From IMG/VR virus record IMGVR_UViG_3300045988_005108, positions 1 through 64,000 of that record: a stretch of 64,000 nucleotides of DNA; one strand, 5' to 3'. Position 1 is the stretch's first letter, and every line of letters begins with the position of its first letter. The notes under the pieces are model-generated. The model did not search any database and was not told the origin of the DNA. It saw only the letters and a list, made by a program, of their open reading frames with translations. Made by a program: the position numbers and the translations under genes. This DNA comes from a virus. Shown here in pieces: positions 1 to 9,595 of this stretch.

Positions 1-90
1 ATAGGTAAGGATGGTTCAGTTACTAAAGCCAGTACTGACATAGACCTTACTAATCTGTATTTTAGATTAAGTAGATTCTGTAAAGAATAA
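1..90 (+). CDS. 3' end of an upstream gene (partial)
   Basis: Frame 1 is open from nt 1 to TAA at 88-90 (...DLTNLYFRLSRFCKE*). The next gene starts 10 nt later. No function can be inferred. Confidence 0.3.
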   Translation: MGKDGSVTKASTDIDLTNLYFRLSRFCKE

Positions 91-99
91 AGTAACAGC

Positions 100-714
100 A
101 TGATAAAATATGTAAAAGTTGGAATAGCCATTATAATAGGAGTACTTTTTGTAGGTATATGTATATTATACAATAAGAATCAGAGCCTAATGGGAGAGTT
201 GTCTGTATTGGTGTCTAATCAAAAAGCATCTATAGCAGAGAACTCATCCTTAAAGGATGAGAATAGAGTGTTCAAATTTACTGTAGAGCAGCTTAACTAC
301 TATAATGACTCTATCTTGCAAAAGATGAATGATGTCAGAAAGGAGTTAAAGATAAAGGATAAGAATATAAAACAACTACAATATCTCCTATCAGTGTCTA
401 CTAAAAAAGATACAGTACTTTTTACTGACACACTATTTAGAGATAAAGAATTAGCATTAGATACTATCATAGGAGATAAGTGGTATAATATAAGATTAGG
501 ATTAAAATACCCTAATCTTATATATACTGAACCTACATTTACTAGTGAGAAGTATATTATAGTAAATAAGAAAAGAGAGACTGTTAACCCACCAAAGAAA
601 TTCTTTTTATTTAGGTGGTTTCAAAAGAAACACTGGGTAATGGAAGTACATATAAAGGAGGAGAATCCCTACATAAAAGAAACTAATAATAAATTTGTAG
701 AGATTATAGAATAA
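100..714 (+). CDS. membrane-anchored protein with coiled-coil region, lysis-cassette candidate (spanin/holin-associated?)
   Basis: ATG start. N-terminal hydrophobic helix VGIAIIIGVLFVGICILY is followed by a coiled-coil-like stretch. Lies two genes upstream of a DUF5675-like wall-hydrolase candidate. Confidence 0.5.
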   Translation: MIKYVKVGIAIIIGVLFVGICILYNKNQSLMGELSVLVSNQKASIAENSSLKDENRVFKFTVEQLNYYNDSILQKMNDVRKELKIKDKNIKQLQYLLSVSTKKDTVLFTDTLFRDKELALDTIIGDKWYNIRLGLKYPNLIYTEPTFTSEKYIIVNKKRETVNPPKKFFLFRWFQKKHWVMEVHIKEENPYIKETNNKFVEIIE

Positions 715-715
715 T

Positions 716-1093
716 ATGATTGATTTTGGAATATTAATTACTGGAGGTGTAGGACTTATTACCACAATAGTCAGTAGCTGGGCATCGTGGTTCTTTGCAA
801 GAAAGAAGTATAATAGTGAAGTTGATAGTAACCTCATAAATAACATGAAAGAATCATTGGATTTTTATGAGAAGCTCTCTGCTGATAATAGAGAGAGGTT
901 GGAAGAGGTACTAAAAAGGAATACAGAATTAGAGCAGGAAGTGGGAGAACTTAGGAAACAGTTGTTTAACCTTATGAGTTCTATATGTACTGACCTTACC
1001 TGCCAGTTAAGGAAAAGAAACTTAAACCTTTTTAATGAGCATGGAATTAGTAGTGGACAGAAAATGGAAGAAACAGAGCTACACAATAAGTAA
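716..1093 (+). CDS. small membrane protein with C-terminal coiled coil (holin/spanin-like candidate)
   Basis: Starts 2 nt after the previous stop. Has a TM helix FGILITGGVGLITTIVSSWASWFFA, then ERLEEVLKRNTELEQEVGELRKQL. Confidence 0.5.
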   Translation: MIDFGILITGGVGLITTIVSSWASWFFARKKYNSEVDSNLINNMKESLDFYEKLSADNRERLEEVLKRNTELEQEVGELRKQLFNLMSSICTDLTCQLRKRNLNLFNEHGISSGQKMEETELHNK

Positions 1094-1505
1094 TCTTACT
1101 ATTGATGGGAAGTGGTTCTGCAATGTGCTTGAGGACAAAGATAGAAATCTTGATAGTTCTATGAGCATAGCTAAGATTGGGGAGCTAAAGAAGCCTTCAA
1201 TTACAGCTATACCAAGAGGTACTTATGAGATTACCTTGAATGTAATTTCTCCTAAGTACTGCACTAATAGTTTCTACAAGCAAGTATGTAATGGTAAAGT
1301 GCCAAGACTACTTAATGTAAAGGGATTTGAAGGCATACTTATTCATGCTGGTAATACTGACAAAGACTCAGCAGGATGCCTATTAGTAGGTGTCAATAAA
1401 GTTAAGGGTCAAGTAATAAACAGTAGAGAAACCTTCAAAGAGCTATATAAACTCCTTAAAGACAGGCATGATAAAGGTGAGAAAATAACAATTAAAATTC
1501 TATAA
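1041..1505 (+). CDS. DUF5675-like protein (putative cell-wall hydrolase / endolysin candidate)
   Basis: MELVVDR..TISNLTIDGKWFCNVLED..TAIPRGTYEITL..VPRLLNVKGFEGILIHAGNTDKDSAGCLLVG matches the DUF5675 signature as I remember it (AIPxGxY, gFegIliHxGN, GCilvG). The track start is 1035; MEL at 1041 fits family N-termini better. Confidence 0.6.
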   Translation: MELVVDRKWKKQSYTISNLTIDGKWFCNVLEDKDRNLDSSMSIAKIGELKKPSITAIPRGTYEITLNVISPKYCTNSFYKQVCNGKVPRLLNVKGFEGILIHAGNTDKDSAGCLLVGVNKVKGQVINSRETFKELYKLLKDRHDKGEKITIKIL

Positions 1506-1553
1506 TTATGGCAAGAAGAACAGGTAGAGCAAAGCCCATGACAGCTAAAGCTG

Positions 1554-2066
1554 GTGTCACTAAGACTAAGAGAAGATATGCTTGTGGGGGTCTATATGAG
1601 AAGACATGGAAGACCTGATGAGTTCATGGATATGTTTGATTCAAGAGGTGATAGATTCTCTGATAGATTCAATGAGTCTGGCATGGGAGGTAATGATATG
1701 GATAGGATGATGAGATACATGAGGAACTCAATGAGTAGAGAACACTTCACTGAATCTGAGGCTAAGTATCTTGTAGCTGATATGTATCATACTGAGAATG
1801 GCAGAAAGTACAGTGGTGAGAAGTTTGATATGTACAAGGCAAAGGAGATTTGTGAGAGATATAGGGGAATACTCCCTACATCTGCTACAGTTGCTGATGT
1901 GTATGTTGCAATCAACTCTCAGTACCATGACTATGCAGAACTGTTTAAGGACTGGTTTGGTGATGGTATAGAACAGAAGATAGTTGAATCTGCTATTGTA
2001 TTCTGGTTTAAGGATGCAGACTGCAAAGCTGAAAACAAGGTAGTAGAATATCTTGGAGAATACTAA
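1554..2066 (+). CDS. hypothetical protein (Met/Arg/Asp-rich N-terminus); start uncertain
   Basis: 170-codon ORF whose track start is GTG. In-frame ATGs lie at 1578 and 1596. Followed by a strong terminator. See the finding on the overlapping 1508 ORF. Confidence 0.55.
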   Translation: MSLRLREDMLVGVYMRRHGRPDEFMDMFDSRGDRFSDRFNESGMGGNDMDRMMRYMRNSMSREHFTESEAKYLVADMYHTENGRKYSGEKFDMYKAKEICERYRGILPTSATVADVYVAINSQYHDYAELFKDWFGDGIEQKIVESAIVFWFKDADCKAENKVVEYLGEY

Positions 2067-2070
2067 TAAG

Positions 2071-2104
2071 AAAGGGTAAGAGATAATCTTACCCTTTCTT
2101 TTTG
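2071..2104 (+). terminator. rho-independent terminator
   Basis: AAAGGGTAAGA-GATAA-TCTTACCCTTT perfect 11-bp hairpin, then CTTTTTG, located 5 nt after the stop at 2066. Confidence 0.75.
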
Positions 2105-2179
2105 CCTATATTGCAAGTATTTTACTTATATAAGTAAAAGCAATTTATTTACCATGTTGTAGATATGCAAAACTTTACT

Positions 2180-2187
2180 TACCTTTG
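2180..2187 (+). promoter_or_regulatory. Bacteroidota-type -7 promoter box (TAnnTTTG) candidate
   Basis: TACCTTTG lies 31 nt upstream of the ATG at 2218, in a 150-nt non-coding gap after a terminator. The motif alone is expected by chance dozens of times in 64 kb, so only the placement supports it. Confidence 0.45.
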
Positions 2188-2217
2188 CACTGTTTTAAGA
2201 ACAAAAGGTAGAAGAAT

Positions 2218-3384
2218 ATGGAAGAAGAACTTAGCTTAGATAACATCTTAGGAGCAGAGGAGATTGAGAATCTGTTTGTAGAAGATAATGAGACACAGGG
2301 TACCCCACCTGCAAATGGGGAACCTCCCAAGAAAGAGGAGGAGCCAAGTAAGGATAAAGAAGAAACTACTGAGGTTGTTGATGTAGATAACTTATTTACT
2401 GATACACCAGAGAGCGTAGGTAGTGGAAAAGAAAATACAGAGGAAAAGGAAGATACCACTCCTAAAGGAGATGGCACTTCTCCCAAAAACTTCTACTCTT
2501 CCATTGCCAAAGCCTTGAAAGAGGAAGGTATCTTCCCAGACCTTGATGATGATGGCTTATCTAAGGTTAAAGAACCTGAAGACTTTAGAGATTTAATTGA
2601 CCAACAGATAAAGGCAGGTCTTGATGAAAGACAGAAAAGAATTGATGAAGCCTTGAATGCTGGAGTTGAGCCTACAGAGATTAGAAAGTATGAAAATACT
2701 ATGAGCTTCCTTGACTCTATTAAGGAAGAGAATATCTCTGATGAAGGTGATAAAGGAGAAAAACTTAGAAAAGACCTGATTTATCAAGACTTTATCAATA
2801 GAGGTTACAGTAAGGAAAGAGCTGCAAGAGAAGTACAGAAGTCTTTCAATGCTGGTACTGATATTGATGATGCAAAAGAGGCTTTGAAAAGTAATATTGA
2901 CTTCTTCAGAGATAAGTATGATGAGCTTGTCAATGATGCTAAGTCAGAAGCAGAACAGGAAGAGAAAGAAAGAAAAGAACAGGCTGAAAAACTTAAATCA
3001 TCAATCCTTAATGATAAGGATGTGTTTGGGGATTTATCAGTAGATAAATCAACAAGACAGAAGATTTATGATAATATAGCTAAGCCTGTGTATAAAGACC
3101 CAGAGACAGGAGAATACTTTACTGCTATCCAAAAGTATGAGATGGAGAACAGGACAGACTTCCTAAAGAACATTGGGTTACTTTTCACACTAACTGACGG
3201 CTTTAAGAACCTTGATGGTTTGGTGAAAGGTAAAGTAAAGAAAGAAGTAAAGAAAGGTCTTAGAGAACTGGAACATACTCTCAACAACACAGCAAGAACC
3301 TCAGATGGTAATCTAAAGTTTGTTAGTGGAGTTGATGAGGACCCTGAATCATTTATTGGTAAAGGGTGGAATCTTGATGTCTAA
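2218..3384 (+). CDS. highly acidic Glu/Lys/Asp-rich coiled-coil protein (scaffold-like candidate)
   Basis: 388 aa of low-complexity acidic N-terminus plus long helical Glu/Lys stretches. Sits directly upstream of the capsid candidate. Confidence 0.5.
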   Translation: MEEELSLDNILGAEEIENLFVEDNETQGTPPANGEPPKKEEEPSKDKEETTEVVDVDNLFTDTPESVGSGKENTEEKEDTTPKGDGTSPKNFYSSIAKALKEEGIFPDLDDDGLSKVKEPEDFRDLIDQQIKAGLDERQKRIDEALNAGVEPTEIRKYENTMSFLDSIKEENISDEGDKGEKLRKDLIYQDFINRGYSKERAAREVQKSFNAGTDIDDAKEALKSNIDFFRDKYDELVNDAKSEAEQEEKERKEQAEKLKSSILNDKDVFGDLSVDKSTRQKIYDNIAKPVYKDPETGEYFTAIQKYEMENRTDFLKNIGLLFTLTDGFKNLDGLVKGKVKKEVKKGLRELEHTLNNTARTSDGNLKFVSGVDEDPESFIGKGWNLDV

Positions 3385-3426
3385 GCCTATAATATAGAGT
3401 AAAATAACTGATAAATTTAAGTAAAA

Positions 3427-4938
3427 ATGGCTGGAAAATTAGGTAAGTTTCAAATGGTAGGCTTCCAACACTGGAAGGGTCTTACTAAGGAAAACCACCT
3501 TGGTTCTATCTTTCAGTTAGCTCCACAGAAGGCTACAAACCTAATGGTGCAACTGTTGGCTTATTACAGAGGAAAGACACTTGACACATTCCTAAATCAA
3601 TTCCCAACAAGAGAGTTTGAGGATGATAATGAATACTACTGGGATGTTATTGGTTCTTCAAGGAGAAACATTCCTCTTGTAGAGGCAAGAGATGAAAATG
3701 GTACTGTTGTTACAGATGCCAGTGGTATGGTTGGAGTAGGCACTACTCCTTTCTATTTAGTATTCCCTGAGGATTGGTTTGCTGATGGTGAGTACATTGT
3801 AGGTAATCTGAATGAAATCTATCAGTTCAGAATACTTGGAGACCCAAGAATGGAGGGTACTAATGCAGTGTATAAGGTAGAGCTTGCTGGTGGTAATACA
3901 GCAGGTGTTCCTGCTGAAAGATTGCTTGCAGGTGAGAGATTCTCAGTTGAGGCTGCATTTGTTGAGAAGGAACTTTCAAGAAAGGTTGGTGATGTAAGAT
4001 TTACAAGCCCTGTTTCTATGAGAAATGAGTGGTCTGTAGTAAGAATCCAACACAAGGTTCCAGGCTCTATGTTGAATAAGAAGCTGGCTGTAGGTATCCC
4101 TATTGTTAAGGAAACTGAGGGTAGATATACTAAGTCAGTTGCTACAATGTGGATGCACAATGTAGACTATGAAGTAGAAGAGCAATTCTCTGAGTACAAG
4201 AACAATGCACTTGCATTCGGTAGAAGCAACAGAAATGCCAATGGTGAGTATATGAACATTGGTAAGTCTGGAGGTGTAATAAAGACAGGTGCTGGTCTGT
4301 TTGAGCAGATGGAAGTTGCTAATACTATATATTACAACACATTTAGCTTGAAACTTCTTGAAGATGCTCTATATGAGCTTTCTGCTTCTAAGTTAGGTTT
4401 TGGAGACAGATACTTCTTGATTAAGACTGGTGAAAGAGGTGCTATCCAATTCCATAAGGAAGTACTAAAGACAGTATCAGGTTGGACACAGTTTGTTCTT
4501 GACAACAGCTCTATTGGTGTTATTCAAAAGACTCAATCTAAGTTGCACCAAAACTCATTGAGTGCTGGTTTCCAATTTGTTGAGTATAAGGCTCCTAATG
4601 GTGTTAGAGTTAAGATTGATGTAGACCCATTCTATGATGACCCAGTAAGAAATAAGATACTCCATCCAAATGGAGGTGTTGCATTCTCTTACAGATATGA
4701 TATTATGTACATTGGTACAATGGACCAACCTAATATCTTTAAGTGTAAGATTAAAGATGACAATGAGTACAGAGGTTATCAATGGGGTCTAAGAAACCCA
4801 TTCACAGGTCAAAAGGGTAATCCTTATATGTCATTTGATGAGGATTCTGCTATAATCCATAGAATGGCTACTCTTGGTATCTGTGTTCTTGACCCAACAA
4901 GAACTATGTCACTAATCCCTGCAATTCTACAGGGCTAA
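3427..4938 (+). CDS. major capsid protein candidate
   Basis: 503 aa, follows the scaffold-like gene, and is followed by a 14-bp-stem terminator. The gene count from here to the 1473-aa gene (11 genes) matches what I remember of phi-crAss001 (MCP gp32 to muzzle gp43). No alignment was possible. Confidence 0.55.
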   Translation: MAGKLGKFQMVGFQHWKGLTKENHLGSIFQLAPQKATNLMVQLLAYYRGKTLDTFLNQFPTREFEDDNEYYWDVIGSSRRNIPLVEARDENGTVVTDASGMVGVGTTPFYLVFPEDWFADGEYIVGNLNEIYQFRILGDPRMEGTNAVYKVELAGGNTAGVPAERLLAGERFSVEAAFVEKELSRKVGDVRFTSPVSMRNEWSVVRIQHKVPGSMLNKKLAVGIPIVKETEGRYTKSVATMWMHNVDYEVEEQFSEYKNNALAFGRSNRNANGEYMNIGKSGGVIKTGAGLFEQMEVANTIYYNTFSLKLLEDALYELSASKLGFGDRYFLIKTGERGAIQFHKEVLKTVSGWTQFVLDNSSIGVIQKTQSKLHQNSLSAGFQFVEYKAPNGVRVKIDVDPFYDDPVRNKILHPNGGVAFSYRYDIMYIGTMDQPNIFKCKIKDDNEYRGYQWGLRNPFTGQKGNPYMSFDEDSAIIHRMATLGICVLDPTRTMSLIPAILQG

Positions 4939-4943
4939 TGATA

Positions 4944-4985
4944 AAGGGGGAGTAGGACAAGCTCCTACTTTCCCTTATTTTATTT
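4944..4985 (+). terminator. rho-independent terminator
   Basis: AAGGGGGAGTAGGA-CAAGC-TCCTACTTTCCCTT (14 bp including 2 G:U pairs), followed by ATTTTATTT. Confidence 0.7.
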
Positions 4986-5005
4986 CAATAAGTTAAGGAG
5001 AAGAT

Positions 5006-6034
5006 ATGGCAGAAAAGAAAATGGAAGAGAAGGTGGACTATACTGTACCTGACTTTGATATAGACAATACAGAAACTCCACTACAGGAAGTACCAAAAGA
5101 AGAGGCTATTGTAAAAAGCCCTAAGAAGACACAAAAGAAAGTAGAGGTATCTGATGATGCCTTAGTTAGTTGTCTAAGAAATGAGAAAATTATTGTAAGA
5201 CATGTACCTAAGCTGACAGGTATGTGGGGTAATAACCCTAAGCATGTATTGTCAGGAGGTATGGCAGAAGGTGCAGTTAGAACATTTGTAGTACCAAGGT
5301 TATCTTCAGGTATGTTTGTTAATGTCCTTACAGACAAGGAAAAGACATTTCTTGAGGAAATAATGGGTCTTGAATATAATGCACTAAGTATCTATAAGAA
5401 GGTAGATAATTTCTGGGATGATTCCAATGAAAATGGTATTAATAAGGTAAGGTTGACAAAGCAGGATAACTACTTCAATCTATCTGACCCAGAGGATTAT
5501 ATCAGATATAAGATACTATTAGCCAACAAGGATTATATTGCTCCTTCACTGCAAGTATTGCAAGATACTCCTAAGGCTACTTACCAGTTTGTTATCATTT
5601 CTGAAGGTGAAGAGACTAAGGTTGCCAAGAACAACATGAGCACTACAATGATGTGCTATAAGGAATTTGGTAAGATTGAGGATGATATTGATACATTAAG
5701 AGTTATTGTTGAGACTATTGATGGCAGACCTACATCACAGACTGCTAAACTTGAGTTCTTGCAGACTAAGGTTAATAGCTTGATACAGGCTGATAGCAAG
5801 ATATTCTTAAAGGTTATTACTGACCCAATGCTTTCTACAAAGGTTCTTATCAAGAAAGCTATAGAGGCAGGTCTGATTTCTAATAGAGGTAATTACCTAT
5901 ATTTGAGAAAAGATAATACTCCACTTTGTGAGGCTAATGAAGAGCCTACATTGAATGTAGCAGCTAAATACTTAAACTCTCCTAAGCATCAAGAACTATT
6001 GTTTACCTTGCAAGCAAGAGTAAAGAAGACTTAG
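5006..6034 (+). CDS. virion-module protein, function unknown
   Basis: 342-aa ORF with an ATG start, co-directional and tightly packed within the structural block. Confidence 0.6.
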   Translation: MAEKKMEEKVDYTVPDFDIDNTETPLQEVPKEEAIVKSPKKTQKKVEVSDDALVSCLRNEKIIVRHVPKLTGMWGNNPKHVLSGGMAEGAVRTFVVPRLSSGMFVNVLTDKEKTFLEEIMGLEYNALSIYKKVDNFWDDSNENGINKVRLTKQDNYFNLSDPEDYIRYKILLANKDYIAPSLQVLQDTPKATYQFVIISEGEETKVAKNNMSTTMMCYKEFGKIEDDIDTLRVIVETIDGRPTSQTAKLEFLQTKVNSLIQADSKIFLKVITDPMLSTKVLIKKAIEAGLISNRGNYLYLRKDNTPLCEANEEPTLNVAAKYLNSPKHQELLFTLQARVKKT

Positions 6035-6048
6035 ATAAAATAATAAGT

Positions 6049-7203
6049 ATGACAACACAGGAATTTTCTAATCAATTTGATATATTATATAATAATGCAA
6101 GCAATAGTGCACCTGGATTAGATGAATATGAAAAGTCTGTAATACTTACAAAAGCAGAAAAAGATTTAGTAAGAGATTACTTTAATAGTAGAACTGTTAA
6201 AACAGGAGAAGGATTTGATGATAGTCAAAAAAGACAATATGATTTTAGCACATTATTAAGAACTGTCAAATTAGAATTAAAATCTCTATTATTAATAGAT
6301 TTTAATGGATATCAAAAGGATTTTAATATCTTTGATAATAGAAGTCTTATATATGTAGCTCCTCCTGATTTCTTTTTATCTATAAATGAAAGTATTATAG
6401 ATAATAATAATAGAAGATACTCTGTATTGCCTATATCTTATTCTGAATATAACAGATTAATGTTAAAGCCTTATGGTTATCCATTAAAAAGACAAGCATG
6501 GAGAATTATATCAGATAGTTCTCCTACATTAGGAGAATATTCATGTACTTATGTAGAATTTCGGTCAGGTACTAGTAGGTTTCTTATAGTAATAAGAAGT
6601 AAAAGTTCTAAAGATTTATTTTTTCATATAAGGAGAGATTCATTAAGTACAGGTAATACATTAAAAGACCCTATAATAACAGTAAAGGACAAGTTTATAG
6701 ATATTCAACTACTAATTCCCAAAGACAGAATGCTTAATTATTGGAATATGTATTTACAGAATGAGGATGCTCTTAAAAAAGGAAAACTAGATGAATATAT
6801 ATATCCGCTAGATGGTGCTATGAACGGAGCTTGGACTACTGAAGACATAAAACCTGTTGATATATATATACCTTCTTATAAAACACAAACAGGAGAATCA
6901 GTATCTGCGCCTGTATTTGAAATTATAGGTAATTTTCCTTCTTTTGAAGTAGAATACAATATGAGATATGTAAGAACTCCTAAGCCAATAATATTAGTAG
7001 ATTTAAGCGAAGTTCAAGAAGGATTATCTATTGATGGATATAATAAAATTACAGAGTGTGAATTACCAGCAAATATGCACGAAGAAATATTACAAAGAGC
7101 TGTAGAATTAGCTAAAGCTACTTATCAAGGAGACTTGAACTCTATTATACAAACAGGCAATATAAGTGGTACTGAATTAGGATATCAAATTAAACAAAAC
7201 TAA
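6049..7203 (+). CDS. virion-module protein, paralog A (low-GC copy with a large central insertion)
   Basis: The N-terminus MTTQEFSNQFDILYN..LDEYEKSVILTKAEKDLV and C-terminus RYVRTPKPIILVDLS..ECELP..ILQRAVELAKA parallel the next gene. Confidence 0.6.
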   Translation: MTTQEFSNQFDILYNNASNSAPGLDEYEKSVILTKAEKDLVRDYFNSRTVKTGEGFDDSQKRQYDFSTLLRTVKLELKSLLLIDFNGYQKDFNIFDNRSLIYVAPPDFFLSINESIIDNNNRRYSVLPISYSEYNRLMLKPYGYPLKRQAWRIISDSSPTLGEYSCTYVEFRSGTSRFLIVIRSKSSKDLFFHIRRDSLSTGNTLKDPIITVKDKFIDIQLLIPKDRMLNYWNMYLQNEDALKKGKLDEYIYPLDGAMNGAWTTEDIKPVDIYIPSYKTQTGESVSAPVFEIIGNFPSFEVEYNMRYVRTPKPIILVDLSEVQEGLSIDGYNKITECELPANMHEEILQRAVELAKATYQGDLNSIIQTGNISGTELGYQIKQN

Positions 7204-7205
7204 CA

Positions 7206-7919
7206 ATGACAACTGAAGAATTTTCTAATGAGTTTGACACCTTACTGAATAGCTATTCTACCATAGAGGCATTTGGAAAGACACCCAGCACTACTGAGCT
7301 TGATGAATATGAGAAATCTGTATTCCTCACTAAGGCTCAAGAAGATATAGTGATAGGTATGTATAATGGTAAGAATCCATTTGGAGACTCATTTGAGAAG
7401 ACTGAGGAAATCAGAAGGTACTTGAGTACCCTAATAAAGACTTACACAACTAATGACAAGAAAACAGGATATACAGGACTATCCAAATCCTCAGTATTCT
7501 TTGAATTACCTAAAGATGATGACTTATGGTTTATAACCTATGAATCAGTTAATTTGAAAGATGATAAATTAGGATGTATAAGTGGTGAAGATGTCTCTGT
7601 AGTACCAATTACTCAAGATGAGTACCATAGAATAAGGAAAAATCCTTTCAGAGGTACTAATGAAAGAAGAGCTTTAAGGCTTGATTTGAGTGGTAAGGTA
7701 GTAGAGATAATATCAAAATATAATGTGGAGAAGTATCTTGTCAGATACCTTTCAAGACCTACTCCCATTATATTAATTGATTTGACAGATAACCTGTCAA
7801 TCAATGGCGTGAGTGTAAAAACAGAATGTAAACTGAACCCTGTAATACATAGAGCTATACTTGAGAGAGCAGTAAAACTTGCCATCATGAGTAGGGTTCC
7901 AAGTACAGGAAAAGAATAA
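7206..7919 (+). CDS. virion-module protein, paralog B
   Basis: MTTEEFSNEFDTLLN..LDEYEKSVFLTKAQEDIV and VRYLSRPTPIILIDLT..ECKLN..ILERAVKLAIM. Starts 3 nt after paralog A. Confidence 0.65.
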   Translation: MTTEEFSNEFDTLLNSYSTIEAFGKTPSTTELDEYEKSVFLTKAQEDIVIGMYNGKNPFGDSFEKTEEIRRYLSTLIKTYTTNDKKTGYTGLSKSSVFFELPKDDDLWFITYESVNLKDDKLGCISGEDVSVVPITQDEYHRIRKNPFRGTNERRALRLDLSGKVVEIISKYNVEKYLVRYLSRPTPIILIDLTDNLSINGVSVKTECKLNPVIHRAILERAVKLAIMSRVPSTGKE

Positions 7920-7947
7920 AACTATTGTATAATTTAATTAAATTAAT

Positions 7948-8973
7948 ATGGCGACATTTAGTACAAATCAGGTAAGACATCTTTATGTGGCAAAAGAACT
8001 AAAGAGTTCTCGTGTACTTGCAGCAGATGCTGCTGGCTCTATTGCAGTAAAGAGTGATACTGCAAAGAATCATCTGTACTTTGAATACAAGGGTGCTGAC
8101 AACTTGATGAGAAGTGACTTAATTGACATCGAGAATATCCTTTATGCTAAGGCTACTGATGCTGATGATATGGCACATGAGTTGAAGGCAGTTACAGTAA
8201 CTCTTGATAGTGAGGTAAATGCAGGTGCTCCTGTAGCTGGACAGGATTATATCCTAAGAATTGCATTCAAGCAGTATGTAGGTATGTCTGACGAGGACCA
8301 ATACTTCAAGTATGGTATGGTACATGCTTATGCAGGCATGACAGCTTCAGACTTTTATAAGAAGCTGGCTCTATCACTGGCTAAGAACTTCAGTAGAGAG
8401 ATAGTTCCTCTTGTTAAGTTTGTCTTGACAAATTCTGATGATGAGGCAGTTCCTGTAGATGCTACTACAAAGGAAAGCTCTCTAACTGAGACTTATAAAG
8501 CCCTTGTTATTGATGAGGTTGAGCAGCCTTGGAGACTTGGTGTTATGGAGCAAAATCCTGTATATTTTGAGGTACAGCCTGTTCCAGTTACTGTAAATGG
8601 TGATGAGAGAATTTGGGGTAAGGTAGAAGATACTGAGCCTGCTGGTATCATTGCTAATGGCAAGAAGATTGCAGACCTTGAGTACTTCTGCATGGGTGAG
8701 AGAGGTGATATTTATAGAGGAGTTGGCTATCCTAACAATATTCCTACCACTTACCTTGTAGACCCAACTGTTAAGTATAATGTGATTGACATCCACTATG
8801 CTTATGTAGGTAGCAATGAGAGTGTACAAAAGTCTGAAAAGACAATTACTCTTGTAGTACCAAAGATAGGCACTAAGAATAATGTAAGTAATGCTCTTGC
8901 TAATAGCATCATAGCAGCTATTAATACTGCAACAGGTTTAACTATAACAGAACTTGATAAGTCTGCTAGCTAA
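7948..8973 (+). CDS. abundant virion protein candidate (capsid-associated?)
   Basis: 341-aa ORF followed immediately by a strong terminator, like the capsid candidate. The function is inferred only from position. Confidence 0.5.
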   Translation: MATFSTNQVRHLYVAKELKSSRVLAADAAGSIAVKSDTAKNHLYFEYKGADNLMRSDLIDIENILYAKATDADDMAHELKAVTVTLDSEVNAGAPVAGQDYILRIAFKQYVGMSDEDQYFKYGMVHAYAGMTASDFYKKLALSLAKNFSREIVPLVKFVLTNSDDEAVPVDATTKESSLTETYKALVIDEVEQPWRLGVMEQNPVYFEVQPVPVTVNGDERIWGKVEDTEPAGIIANGKKIADLEYFCMGERGDIYRGVGYPNNIPTTYLVDPTVKYNVIDIHYAYVGSNESVQKSEKTITLVVPKIGTKNNVSNALANSIIAAINTATGLTITELDKSAS

Positions 8974-8984
8974 ATAAGATTTAT

Positions 8985-9016
8985 AAGGGAGGCTATTAAG
9001 TCTCCCTTTCTTTTTA
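8985..9016 (+). terminator. rho-independent terminator
   Basis: AAGGGAG-GCTATTAAGT-CTCCCTT, followed by TCTTTTT. Confidence 0.7.
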
Positions 9017-9031
9017 TATAAACATTTGATT

Positions 9032-9595
9032 ATGGTACAATTTAATGAGTTAAGAATAGCCCCTGATGGGCAAAAGCTGATTATAGATGTATCTGTCAAG
9101 GGCTTAGAGTATTACACAAATGTATATCTTGATACTATACAGATAGATACTCAAGATACCTTTGTTGAATCTGGTCCAAGTAGTAAAATTGTATATACAG
9201 AAGTTATAGAAGGAAATACTAAGTCAGTCAGATTAGAACTGGGAACAGGAGACCTATTACCAACTCTTAATGACAATCTTTTCTTTGTGTATATTAGAAC
9301 TAAGGGCACACCTGATGCAAATACTCCTTGTGGGATGGATAATATTACTACATTAGGAGTTGTATCTAACCTTTATCCTCTGTACCAACATGCCTTTAGT
9401 TACATCAAAGAATTGGGAGATACTTGCTCTATTCCTAAGAATTTCATTAACTACATACTTCAATATAAAGCATTTAAGCTTGCTATAAAGACAGGTCATT
9501 ATACTGAGGCAATAAAGTATTGGAAGAAATTCTTTATGGGAATAAAGGATTCAGTGATAACTTCTAATTGTGGATGCTATGGACAAGGTACTTAA
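9032..9595 (+). CDS. virion-module protein, function unknown
   Basis: The track start at 9026 is TTG. The first ATG is at 9032 (MVQFNELRIAPDG...). Confidence 0.55.
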   Translation: MVQFNELRIAPDGQKLIIDVSVKGLEYYTNVYLDTIQIDTQDTFVESGPSSKIVYTEVIEGNTKSVRLELGTGDLLPTLNDNLFFVYIRTKGTPDANTPCGMDNITTLGVVSNLYPLYQHAFSYIKELGDTCSIPKNFINYILQYKAFKLAIKTGHYTEAIKYWKKFFMGIKDSVITSNCGCYGQGT

